Under the pieces are notes generated by a model that was not told the origin of the DNA, made no database searches, and was given only the letters and a program-made list of their open reading frames with translations. A stretch of DNA of 45,678 nucleotides from Selaginella moellendorffii. Taxonomy: Eukaryota; Plantae; Lycopodiophyta. Positions 11,975 to 24,083 of this stretch are shown piece after piece. How positions within the stretch are numbered: position 1 is the stretch's first letter; every line of letters starts with the position of its first letter. The stretch spans positions 1-45,678 of the forward strand of contig NW_003314476.1 in the NCBI RefSeq assembly GCF_000143415.4, in the 5' to 3' direction. Both the position numbers and the translations under genes were made by a program.

Positions 11975-13872
11975 GAAAAGTAGTCTTAGGAATATTTTCT
12001 TCAGCCATCAGTACTTACTAGTACTCAGAAGTAAAATCTAGCTTGGTGAACTAACGACTTTGCCCCAGATGATCCAAGAGATCAGTAGTGTGAGGAAAAG
12101 GGTACACATCCAGGATCGTCACTTCATTTAACAAACGATAGTTGATGCAAAAACAAATACTCTCATCAGACTTCGTCACAAGATGAGGCTCATATGCCCA
12201 AAGACTCCACAACTACCAAATAACACCCTTCTCCAACATCTCCTTAGTGTTTGCACGTAAAATCTTGATCTCTTTGGGTGACCAACAACGAACAAAAACC
12301 TTGATTAAATGAGCATCCCCAGTTGGAATCGGATGACATGTGGCAATCTTAGCCCCAGACAATAGGTCAAATTCAAAGAGATCAAAATACTCCATAAGCC
12401 AGTCAACCGCTGCAGCACAAAGCTTGTCAGAGGGATCAAAAAAAGGAAGAGCAAAAAAATAGAAACATAGGAGGAAATAATGGGGGGACAAAAGTAATGG
12501 AAGCAAATATAGAAGTAAAAAGATGAAGAGGTATGGATGAAATATAAGTATGAGACAAGGGGGACAACCCTCAAAGCCACACTTGGCATGATTGTGCTAC
12601 AACCAATCCATACCAAAGAAGAGGTCAAAAGCTTGACTTAGCACCACTTGCAATGACTGCAACCCAAGCTCGAAATTGCCCACATGCACAACTAAGTCCG
12701 CCTCATCCCGTGCACATGCATATGTATAGGCATTGCCATAAAGAATGAAAACTGGCTCCACTGCATGACGCAAGTGTAAACGGCAACGTGTGCCAACAGT
12801 TTGAACAATAGAAGATAAACTTGAACCTGTATCAACCAACATAGAGAGAATAACAGGAAACCTTTTGTTATAAAAATGAGCTTGGAAAGTAAATATTGGA
12901 TGAATTGGTGCCAAATTAACCCCTTGATGATACTCCCGAAAGAAAGATGGAGGGGTCACTGACTTATTCACGCAAGGTCTTTTTGTTACTTGTGCGACTC
13001 CTTGTTTCCTGGATGCATCTCGGTGTCCAAACCTTCCACTGCAGTAACACTAACAAGACATTGTTGAGGCCAAGTCTCCACCCAGGAAATGGAGGTCGCC
13101 AATCCGAAAAATGCCAACAACGTTAATAAGTATGACCAACTTCATCACACACCCAGCAACAAACATTCCAGCCATGACCACATCCTCGCCCTTGTCTTTG
13201 GATTTGAGCAGCAGCAACATCAACCTCCATTAAAATAGAACCATCGCCCACAAAAAGTGGAGCAAAAGGACATGCAGTAAGAAGTAAAAGAGGCGACATC
13301 TCATAATGTTGTGCCAAGCAAAGAGCATCGTCAAGGGTAGCTGGAGCAAGTGCATGCACAAGTCCAACAAAATTTTGACGAAGTGTTGGCCACAACTTTC
13401 CTAGTTTGATCCGCTTCAACATATTTGGCTCCGCACAAAGCAAAAGGCTTTGGAAACGAACGCCAAATTGCATCACTGACTCAAATGGCCATCGACGAAG
13501 ATGATGCAATTGCTGAAAGGCATAATCACAATCATCGACATGTCCGAATGCGCGTTTAAAGATGTTCGGGAGAACACTCTAATCCCTATGAGTGGCTGCA
13601 CTCAAACCATTGTACTAGTGCAATGCCATCCCTTGGAGACATATGGGAAACTCACGTAAATGTCGAGCATCATCCCAAGAATGATATATGGCAATCACCG
13701 TGAAGTGATTGAACCAATGGTATACATCATCCCTAGGATTCCCACGAAAGAACTCCAGTCGAATGTGAGGATTGGCACCAAGAGCAGGAGGAACTGTACC
13801 ACGTGCTGTGAATGCCGCTATCAATTGAGTTTGGTTGTTTAATTGCAATTGCATGGCATCAAGCAATTGCAC
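11975..13872 (-). pseudogene. Degenerate gag - aspartic protease - reverse transcriptase (5' part)
   Basis: Gag LEFFRGNPRDDVYHWF..., zinc knuckle CWVCDEVGH, protease LVDTGSS, RT KEMLEKGVI / FCINYRLLNEVT / DLLDHLG / FTKLDF. Many stops and frameshifts. Confidence 0.85.
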
Positions 13873-14138
13873 TAACTACTGCTCTAGAGTTAGAGGAAAA
13901 GACTACTGCTTTGCCATGAAAATGAATGAAAAAAAAAAGCAAAAGAAGGGAAATGAAAAAAAATTTGAAGGAAAGGGAGATTTAGACAATGGAAAAGCTA
14001 AATCTAAACCAAAATCCTAAAAGGAAAGAACAAAAGAAAGGAAATGGAAAAAGCTAAATCTAAATGATGCAAAAGCTAGATGTAAACCAAAATCCTAAAT
14101 CCAAACACTCCTTAGGGACAATGAAAAGTGCCCCTCAA

Positions 14139-14314
14139 TGTAAGTGCTTGGAATATGGAAAGGGAATATAGAAAATGTGCATATCAATTAGCCCAAAAAC
14201 CTTAGTTTATATACAGGATCAAATGGTCTGGATTGAAACCAATCTGACGGCTACCAAAATCCCACTACACTAATGTTAGTACATGGCATCATAGCCATAC
14301 ACTTGGACCTCACA
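14139..14314 (-). repeat. 5' LTR (176 bp)
   Basis: TG...CA bounded; TATATAAA on the minus strand near 14205-14213. Confidence 0.8.
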
Positions 14315-14318
14315 AAAG

Positions 14319-15850
14319 TAATTTGATTTTGATTTTTTGAGAAATTGTTAGATATATAAATCTAATATATATAATACATAAATATATATATATAAAATAA
14401 TATTATGTTGAGGATATTCATAAGTAATAATAATTTGTTAAATCATTTTCAGTCTTTCAAAAGTAGAATTTTCTACAAGATCCATCTTCAAATTAACATA
14501 AATCCCAGATATATATATTATTTTTATAATAGTTTTTAAAAAATAAGTTCCTAAATATGTCTTAAATGTCAATAATGAAATTTTATTATAGTTTGAAAAA
14601 GTTATGAAATATAATCATTTTATTTATGTACATAAAAATATGAGATCTAATTTTATAATTTTATTTTTTATGTTCTATCAAATTTAAGTAGGGTTAATAT
14701 AATTTATAATACAAGAGATTGAAGAAGTATTGTTCACAAATGATATGCTTAATACAACAATGTATGTTTTTAAAAATGAAACACAAAAGAAAGTAATAAT
14801 ATATTTACAATAATTTTATAGTATTTGAAAAAGTATCATATTAAAAATATCATAAGATTATTATACATGTATTAAGTTTAAATATGTAAGTTACTATTAC
14901 CTCAGACACTCAGTAAATTTACAAAGTAATATATAAATTATTTTAAAATTAATATAAAACAAAATTTATGTTTTATTATATATTGATAATGTTATTATGC
15001 TATATGACATATATTACTATATAAAAAATATATTAATATTATTATTTAAGTAGTTATGTGATAGTTCTATGTTTATAAAAGATAAAAAATAAAGACAAAA
15101 GATAAAACTGATGTAAAGCCTGCTGGTAGATTTAAGTAAGGTTATGAGCAAGAAGATTAATTAAAAATATAAAAGAGTTTGATATTTTTTGAGATATTAT
15201 TAAGAAATGGATTTGATATTTGTATGTGTATACCATATTGGATACCATGTCATATATGAGACATAGACTACCAGTCTCTATAGCATTTAAAAATCTCTTT
15301 CCATTAAACTTTTCTTGTTCTTCATAATATTTAAAATTCCAAAAATATTTTAAGTTTTTTCTCTTGGTAGAAAAGGTCTTATACACTCTTGATCAATTGC
15401 TGATGAATCTATGTTGAGTTGATGAAGCCTTTTTGGCTGTATTAAAAATGTCATATTCAGTAAAAATATAGCTAGGATTGAAAGAAGATAAAAGAGAATA
15501 TTAGTATAAGAAGATCTATAAGTTTCTGTTATATTAAAGTTTCTTGAAATATTTTTTTTTATCTTTGGATAGATGGTAAAACTAGAGCATTGATATTTTA
15601 TTTTATCTTTCCTTTTCTTCCATGATTTGTCATTACAAATATTATTTCTACATTGGCATAGAGGAGCCCTGAAGGTTGTTTATTCATGATATAAGAACAA
15701 AAACCTCTTAGTATATAAGGAGAAAGGTAAACAAGAAATACAACTTAAGTCATTTATACATACATAACTAAAGAAAAAAATTTGACACAATTAACAGAAA
15801 AATGCAAATTAAAAACACTTGATGCTACATAGTTATATTTAATTGACTCC
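14319..15850. repeat. AT-rich Helitron-family block
   Basis: ~15092-15250 is an inverted copy of ~5890-6058; ~14640-14780 is a direct copy of ~28208-28345. Confidence 0.65.
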
Positions 15851-15864
15851 ATACTACCTGGATT

Positions 15865-16640
15865 TAATGGCCCGATCTCTCTCCCAAGCTCCACTGGTCA
15901 TCACTATCTCCTCATTGTACAGACACGAAATGGATTGATGCTGTCGTCCAGACCAGTGCTCAGCAGTGAAGTTCATCTATGAGCACATTGTGTGTCATTT
16001 CAGCATCCCTGCAGAGCTCGTATCCAACAGAGGTGGAGGATTTCTTTGCCAGGTCGTTCAACACATTCTCCAGCTCTTGAAGATTCAACACGTCCATAGC
16101 AGCAGCTATTTTCCCCAGTCCAACAGGGAAGCTGAATCCAGCAACAAGATTATGAAAGCAGTGTTAGCAAAGTTTGCAGACAGGCATCCTCGGAGAATGG
16201 CAAAAACAGCACTGTGGGCAGTCAGGAAAATGTACAACACATCAGTAGCAGAAATACCATTCTCTCTGGTGTATGGCACTGAAACCGTGCTCCCTGTCAA
16301 GCTTCAAGTTAGTTCCCTCTTTGCCATGAAGAAGACTGAGGAGGACAAGCTCCAGGCCTGAGTATGGGAGATTATAGCACTGGGGAGCAATGTCAGACAT
16401 CTGCATGCCAGGTGCACCTTGCCAGATTCAGGCTCAAGACACAACAGGACCGTTCCAGACATTGTGCCACCCCGTTTTGAACCTGGCGACTTGGTGATGC
16501 TTCAGAATCACACTCCGACTTCCAAGTTCTCGCCACTTTGGATTGAGCTGTTCATAGTGACATAGCAAGTTGGAGGCGGTGCCTACGTTCTCTCAGATGC
16601 AAGCAGCGTTGAGCTCCAACACACACAAAACCATTGCTTC
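15865..16640 (+). pseudogene. Ty3/Gypsy integrase (rve core + GPY/F region) relic of a second element
   Basis: VKFIYEHIVCHFSIPAELVSNRGGGF...YFPQSNREAESSNK...ALWAVR...PFSLVYG, then FEPGDLVML. Opposite strand to, and outside, the LTR element. Confidence 0.85.
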
Positions 16641-16929
16641 TTCAAATGCTTCACATGGTGACTTTACTGTCTTCCATCTTTCTTTCTTTTCCATTCTTTC
16701 ACTTTTTTTTTTTCTTTCCAGGACTGTGGCAACTGCGAAGGGGTCTCTTGCTGGATCCCAGTCTCGGGGGTGGCACTATCTCATTTGTCCGGGAATTCAA
16801 GGTTTACCAAGTTTGCATCACTCTTTTACTCATTACTCTTTGCAATCCCACTATCGCCACTCTGATCTACTCAACCACATTCCACAGTCACATACTGTTG
16901 CCTATCTTTTGCTACATTTGCCCGCTTCA

Positions 16930-17690
16930 CATTTTTAGCTATATCTTGCCATGCACATTATCTGTCTGGGACTTTTCAACATCACTCTACTGACCCATCA
17001 TACAGAGCAGCCAGCAGAGTTTCAACAAACTTTGAACATGCCAAAGTCAAGTTACAAAACGGACCTAGAAAAACAACAAATCTAGACTCCAGAAGCTGAT
17101 CTCTTCCAACCAGTTGGACCTGATGTATACAGGAAAGCATTTTTGAGTGGATGGACGGCGTACCCACCACCTTTTCTTCAGCACTAAAAAGGAGCAACAA
17201 AGTTTTGCGGCCAGTTACCATAGCAGCTTGCAAGCACAAGGCATGACAACACCATGGCTCACTACCATCCACACTTCTCCCTCATACAAATCCCAAGCAC
17301 AACACTCTTTCATCCTTCCATCACAAGCTTAGGCAACTTAAGGAACTTCTTGGAGGCTTGGAACGCACAAGGCTGTGAACCAGGTGATTGCTTCTTCCCC
17401 TGGCTTTGGTTCCCCTCCATGTTTTCTTTGTTTTCTTCTCACTGATCACTTTTCACTCTTTTCACTCTGTTTTCTTTGGTTTTCTCCTCTTTGATAATCT
17501 CTTTCATTTTTAGCTATATCTTGCCATGCACATTATCTGTCTGGGACTTTTCAACATCACTCTACTGACCCATCATACAGAGCAGCCAGCAGAGTTTCAA
17601 CAAACTTTGAACATGCCAAAGTCAAGTTACAAAACGGACCTAGAAAAACAACAAATCTAGACTCCAGAAGCTGATCTCTTCCAACCAGTT
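16930..17690 (+). repeat. Identical 186-bp direct repeat (16930-17115 and 17505-17690)
   Basis: Base-by-base comparison shows no mismatch. Confidence 0.95.
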
Positions 17691-17929
17691 TAAATAATCT
17701 CTTTCTGGACTTGGGTTCAGTTTGCACTCACAGTTTTCCCCATGCGGTTTTCCCTATGACTCAAAACTCCATCCCTCTTCCATTTCCTTTGTCTCTTTTA
17801 CTTTCATTGGTTTCTCCAGTTTTCAGCACCCAACAACATCCTCCAAAAGCTTTGGGTGGTCCATTAAAGTTTTCAATGCTGCAACGCCAGTATCATGCCC
17901 AGCAGAAAGTAAAGTTTAAAGGTTGTCAT

Positions 17930-18695
17930 GAATATGTTTCAAACAGAACTTTGTGCCACCTTCGTCCTTATATCACCTTGGGGCCGTCTTTCCAGCCTTC
18001 GCCAGCATATAATTTTATCAATAAGTTTTTATGATAACTTGTTCTGGGTATGTAGATTAGCAACGAGCTCACACCACGAACCAGATTTTCAGACGCTTTC
18101 GACAATTCCATCTTATGCTGTGGCGCAGTTTCTACTATAAACTCCACCTTGTTTTAAATGCGTTCTGACACTTATAATAGTGAATTGGCGCAATATCAAA
18201 TATTCAGCAGCCATCATCCATGTAGCATACCTCAATCCACCGCTCTCATGCTTTATGGGGGATGCCGCGACACATGTAAACAATGAATGAAAGAACGAAG
18301 AAAGGGTCTCTGGGAGAAGTGGGCGATGCATAAACTTCCTTAATCTATGATGCAGTTTATGATGTTGGTAACCACGAAGAACTGTTGATGGCAACAAGCT
18401 GCTTGCAAGACCGAACTTTGCAGCTTCTGGAGTCGTCATAACAAGAAGGATGGCACTTTTGAAAACCCTCCATGCCTGCATGTAGCCATGAAAGACACTT
18501 TTCCTTTTGAGTTTCTTAAAGTCAATCATGTAAAGATAAATTGGAGTTTGACATTTTTTCTAGACCTCGAAAGCTTCACATAGAACTCTCAGTAGGGCAT
18601 TTTATTAATTCATTAACCTGACATTAATGACTAACAAGGACGGTCTCAGGGTCTAAGCTTTCGACGGCTGCGTCCTTCTCCCTCTCTTTGCACAT
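17930..18695 (-). other. Possible 5' part of an unidentified gene divergent from the 18769 gene
   Basis: ATG at 18695 (MCKEREKDAAVESLDPETVL|GTTAG) and a 138-aa ORF 18529-18113. No recognisable motif. Confidence 0.25.
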
Positions 18696-18768
18696 ACAAT
18701 CAAACATATTGAGGAAGCCAACTGTTCGCTTCGTATTAGGGCTCTAATACTTCCAAAAATTGGGAGCA

Positions 18769-20037
18769 ATGAAGGAAGACGCTGGCGAGATACCTGGAAG
18801 GAGCTTGGAGGATTACCAAGCTGGACTTGAAGACAGTATTCGCAGGTGTGAGGAGCTTCTGGCTCGTACGCCGCTCACATTTCTTCCGCCACATCGAGGT
18901 ACGGCTTCTTCTTGCCTGATTGTTGATTAAATGCCTTTCAGGATCGGGGAGCTCAGTCTCGGTCCGAGATAGTAGTTCTAGATGCTGCTCGTGTCCCGAA
19001 AATGAAGATTTTTCTACCAGCTCGGTGTCTGAGAGACGGCTCTCTGGCTCCGGTGCTGACAGAGTGTTACATTTTTCTTCCAAGGAAAAAGCTGGTGATG
19101 TAGCTTGCACCCAGGATGCAGGTGAAGTTCCTCGCAGCATTTGCCCACCCGAAGGGAATAATAATGCACCAGCGCAATGCATACACTCTTTATGCGGTGA
19201 TGAAGTGGAATTAATCATTGAGACAGACTATAAACATGAGGTTACCCCAAGGACTGGCGATCAACAAAAGCCGCCTCTCAAATTTTGTCCATTGGTACCG
19301 TGCTTTTTAGCTTTTCTTCAGGAGTTTTAACACTTATTTCAGGAGGGCGTGCCTTCAAAAAAGATTCAAAGAAGTAAGAGTGTTCCAAAAGAGAATTTGC
19401 AAGTAAGCTAGTTTCTTACAAAATAATAATAATAACTTTTGAATGCCGACAGTGCAAAAATACGAGAGAATTTTTCAACGCAATTGGTGAAGTTATGGAT
19501 AATCTCAAATCATACATTCATTGTCCATCCCTTCAAGCACACAACAATGTGACTGGAAAGGTACAGTCATATACAAGAATATCTTACCATGTTCACATTT
19601 TCTTTTTTACAGGAGAGATTGAACAATCTATCTAAGCCAAGAACGGAAGTATATAAGAGGCTTGCTCAGGTTAAGAAAATTATAGAAGACAAACAGCTTA
19701 AAGAATGCTCATTCAAGGTTTGTGCAATATGGTGCTTTTAACATTAACATTTATCTGTTTATTGAATAGCCGGCTGTAAGGATCAAAAGTGAGTTTTGCC
19801 AAAGAGCTCCTGTTTTAGAAAGGCTCACGGAAGCTCAACAACAAAAAGAGGCTAGAAAAAGAGTAAGAATTGTGCACGGTTGATAGTGAGTTTCTTCCTT
19901 TTTGTTAGCAGGCCCGAAAAATTATTGAAAAAGAGGAGCTTGCGTCGTGTTCATTTCGACCACAAATTAATCATAACTCTCATTATTACGAAAGGAATCT
20001 TTGTCAGCCTCTGTTTCATAGGTTTAAAGAGCTCGAG

Positions 20038-20100
<63 letters not shown>

Positions 20101-21744
20101 CTCTGTCTATGTCTCTCTGTGTGTGTACTAATTACTTAAGCAGGCACGCAGACGTGAAAAAATTCAAAAAGCAATGAAAGAACATGACAGATACTCATTC
20201 AAGCCTGAAATCAATCCAAATTCGGTGCAGCTTTTTAAACAGGTAAACTATGTTTACGGAGTTATGATACAAACATAGTCATTACTTACTTTAGAGAGGA
20301 TTAGAGACCGTGGATTTGACTGATAGGTTGAATACAATGGGGCATTCAGTCCACCTTGATTGCAAGAACGACATAGAGGTTTGGATGGAGACTTTATGGG
20401 TTCATAGCGGTTGAAAGTATATCTTGCAGACAATGCGTGCAACATTTTGCCCAGAGATCAATAGCAACACAGACGACATTTTAGCTTCTTCCCAGCAATT
20501 TCATGGACTTCCAGCCGACTTTCTATCAAGGCAGCAACAGTTTTCGCAGTCGCTACAGAAAAAAAAAGTAAGAAAACTAGCATTTTCAGCATAGAAAACA
20601 GTTGTTTTTTTAGAAGCAAAAGGAGAACGAGTTTCCTTCGGCTTTTACCTTCACACCAGATATTGGAAACTCGGATTTTATTCTCAAGCAAACAATGTGC
20701 TTCCCAGAAACATGTGAAGAAAGAGTTCAAAGGCTTGCTTATAAAGATAAGGCCAATCAGATGCAAACACGGAAGAAGGTCGCTGTAAGTCTGGGTTCAT
20801 CAACTATCCAGCATTCTTGAAAGTGAATGCCTTTTGGGGGAGGGGCGGGTGGGGTGGGGTGAGAGGAATATCGTGCATGCGCTAAGTTAAGATGGTAGAT
20901 GTAGTAATTATGGTGACTTTTGTAGGAGAATAAAAACGCACAAAATATGTTGAAGTTTATCCTGCATTGAAGTCTTATGGAGGAGTTTGCTCTTCAAGCA
21001 GGACGATTATTATGGACAGTTCAACTTCCAGCCAACGATTGACGAGGTTTCTCGATTGGTCGGGCGCTCATCAAATATTAGAGACCTTCACCTGGTATAA
21101 ATTTCCTGATCTTGTGTCACAGAATTTTTACAAGGCCTATGTGAGACTTCTACAGAACAGAAAGGGCCATGAGGTGAAGAAGGAGCTTGAGCAAGCTGCA
21201 GAATTTGATTTCCAGCAGAAATGTCCATTTAGACCCATGGTAAAAACATAAATCATTGAAATATGTAATAATTATTTCAGTACGTTTAGACCTTCTCGTC
21301 CCTGGAAGGGGAAAAACCAGTTCTTCGAAGTAAGTTTTTGGAACGACTGCAAGCGAGGAAGGTTTGTATCATATTATAAAGGTTACCCTTAAAAAAATCC
21401 TGGATTGTCAGGAACAATTTTCCACTTCGATGCAAGAATCATGGACAACGCGAGAACTCGCAGAAATTAAAGAATGCACCTTTAAGCCCTCTGTGAACCG
21501 GCCTCGGCCCAGGATGGAACCTCCAAAGATCATCAAAGGCCTGGACAGATACTTTGAACTTCAGCAGATTGCGAAGCAAATGAGGAAAGACCAAGAAAAT
21601 CTAGAAAAGAAAGTGTTCTTTTCTCACGTAAGTCACCAACCTTTCTAGTTAGAAATCTAAATGGTTAGTTATTGCGTACAGGTGTCAAGCTTACCAATCA
21701 GGCAGTACACTATCCCAAAACCCTTCTCATTTACAGAGCATTAA
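18769..21744 (+). CDS. Multi-exon gene for a charged helical protein with repeated (E)C(T/S)F(K/R)PxIN motifs; putative microtubule/basal-body/flagellum-associated protein
   Basis: About 17 exons joined by mostly ~45-60 bp GT-AG introns. Repeats KECSFK|P, CSFRPQIN, YSFKPEIN, ATFCPEIN, FTFTPDIG, FNFQPTID, CPFRP, ECTFKPSVN; ends YTIPKPFSFTEH*. Some small internal exons are uncertain. Confidence 0.8.
20041..20096. repeat. (CT)28 microsatellite at an intron 5' end
   Basis: Directly visible. Confidence 0.95.
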
Positions 21745-23797
21745 AAACATGATGCAAAGCCAAGTTCTTTGGAAATACAATAAAGGCCTTCCTCTTTTTG
21801 TTAGCTGGCTAAATGATGTTTCCCAGCCTCAATGAGGAAGAGATGTTTTCACTGGGTACTTAGGTGCAATATCACCCTTCTATGGATCCTAGATTCCTTG
21901 GCCGATGTATTCTGGGTCAAAGGAACAGAAAGAAAGTTTGCAAGATATGACATTGGGCAGCTAGAGCGCACTTCGAAGAAAATGCTCTTAGCTAGTAGGA
22001 TCTTCAAATGTGGGAAACAGCAAAACCACAGGTTTTTCAAACCTTTCGACATAAGGAAAGCAATGAAGAGGTTTCTCCAGTCAGCTTTTATTTGGGTGAG
22101 CAAGGAAAGAAGAATCCTGAACAGATGCTGAGACTATCAAATGGTTCTAGCTGATGTCATGGAAGTGGAGTGGACAAGCCACAAGTTCACGAAAGAAGAT
22201 AGACTTTGATATGCTTTAGTTCAATGAATAGCTTGGAATGTGTCTCTGCATATGGCATTTAACAACTAACCTCACATTCGTGACACGTCCTCACGAAAAA
22301 TGAAAAGAACCGAGAAAGAAAAACGAATTTGGTCGAGACACACTTAAGAGCTGTGATAGCAAGAAAAGCCACAAATCTATAGAGGAGAATTCTGGAATTG
22401 TTACAGCATAAATAATCATTTTAACATTTTCTTTGCATGAATAGATGCACAGGTGTTTTTTTGAAATTCGTTAGCAGAGATTAACCAATTGCCAATTTGT
22501 AATTGCTGGTTCTGTGCTTCATGTATGCACCATTCTTCATCAAAGTTCGTAGTTTGAACCAAAGGTTGACCTTTAGCAGGACCATTAACGCCTTTGCAAC
22601 TATATACGTGCTTGGTAATGGAGGAGTTAAGGTTTGAAAAGTTTGAAAAGGTTTCCAGTTCCAGTTTGATCGTGCCCAAGATGCATTTGAATTTGAGTTG
22701 GCATTTGAACATTCTTCAGCAGCACGAATCTCTCCTTATGCCAAAATACATAAATAATAAAAATTACAAAAGAAGCTATACACACCGGCAATTTTGCTGA
22801 AAAATCTGTGTTGAATCAATCAAGAAGCGGTCAAGCACTCCACTGCTTCGGCTGCATGCTTGGCCGACTGCATGGGCCTCGCCTGCTGCCTGCCATCCTC
22901 CAGCCAAACCGGATAGCAGCCCCCGTGGAAGAGGAAGTCCACGTACGTGTGGATGAGCTCCACCTCCTATATCTCACCTGAATCAGACCGCACGACATAG
23001 TTTTCATCCTCGGCTGCTTTGGCTTTGGCACGCCAGCTCCTGCTTTGAAGGTGAAACCGAACAGCAAACTTTGTCGAGTGGGAGCCATTTCCTTAGCCTT
23101 GACAGAGTAGCACTGTCTTTCGCACCATCACTTTTCAATATTACTGCTCTTCAACAATGCTTTGCAGTAGTTCCCATTACAGTAGTTACCATTTGGCACA
23201 TAGGTATCAGGGCACTCTCTTTACGATGCCCTGAACAAGATCAAGGACGAGACTGATTTTCCACATATCATTGGTCTCTTCCAGTCCAGCAGCTAGGGTA
23301 AGTTGAGGGTGGTTCGAGAGTTACATCAGAAACAGGTGTAGGTCATGTACTTGTCGCTGGGTTCTGGCACCTGTTATCCTCAGCCTTCGGATTTTAGAAA
23401 AACTTTCCTCAACCGTGGCACTAGGAAATGGAGATTACGCAGGCCATCTCGCATGCATGACCTACTGTCTGGCTGGGTGGAAAGAGGAGCCATGGATGTT
23501 GCAGGTGTTTTCAAACATGATGGAAAGGGCTTTTGGCCTGGAGTGGAGAATCGGATAAAAGAACGAATTTAAGTTTCTCGAGAAGATAAACTACTTTTGC
23601 CACTAACTCCCCTGGAGCTAGAGGAGGAAGATAAAGTCGTATTATTTAAATGCATAAACCACAACATTCTTAGTGAACTTTTAGGAGTCTTTTTCTTCAA
23701 ATAAAAGACTACCTTCCCTGGTCCTATGATGGCTGAAATGATGGAAGGTATCCTAGGCACACATGTAGTTGACACGGGATTCCAGCTCGCTGGAAAA

Positions 23798-24000
23798 TCT
23801 TACTCCCTTATTTAAACGTGCTATTGGCATATGGCATCCGGCGTCTTTTATTCCATTTTTAGAATATTATTTATGAATATGCTTATAATCTAATGGTTCA
23901 AATTCAAAAACTTCAAATAGACGGCATAGATCAAGTGCCAAAGGGGTGGCAACGCTTCAATGTGATTTTAATGACGTTCCAAATCAAGGAAATTTTTAGG
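23798..24000 (+). mobile_element. Helitron 5' terminus (A|TC...)
   Basis: A|TCTTACTCCCTTATTTAAACGTGCTATTGGCATATGGCATCCGGCGTC aligns with the 42434 and 9796 5' sequences. Confidence 0.7.
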
Positions 24001-24018
24001 GCAGATTGTGAGCTGCAA

Positions 24019-24021
<3 letters not shown>

Positions 24022-24061
<40 letters not shown>

Positions 24062-24083
24062 GTCTGTCTGTCTGTCTGTCTGT
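24022..24083. repeat. (CT)n(CTGT)n microsatellite
   Basis: Directly visible. Confidence 0.95.

Larger units (their letters stand above)
11826..14314 (-). mobile_element. Internally deleted Ty3/Gypsy LTR retrotransposon
   Basis: Direct repeats at both ends, TGTGAG...CTCACA termini, AAAG on both flanks (11822-11825, 14315-14318), and gag-protease-RT order on the minus strand. Confidence 0.85.

Noticed and set aside
14284-14296. TGGCATCATAGCC resembling a tRNA-Met PBS after ...GTACA
   Set aside because: It is on the strand opposite to gag-pol and lies inside the LTR defined by the CTCACA end and AAAG flank.
15865-16640. Integrase as part of the 11826-14314 element
   Set aside because: Opposite strand and outside its LTRs.
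16930-17690. TRIM/mini-LTR element
   Set aside because: No TG..CA ends, PBS or PPT; the target duplication flanks only the second copy.
23205-23270. Zinc-knuckle-like CGKS/GHRKRECP on the minus strand
   Set aside because: Requires removing a 22-bp insert and has no supporting gag or ORF1 context.
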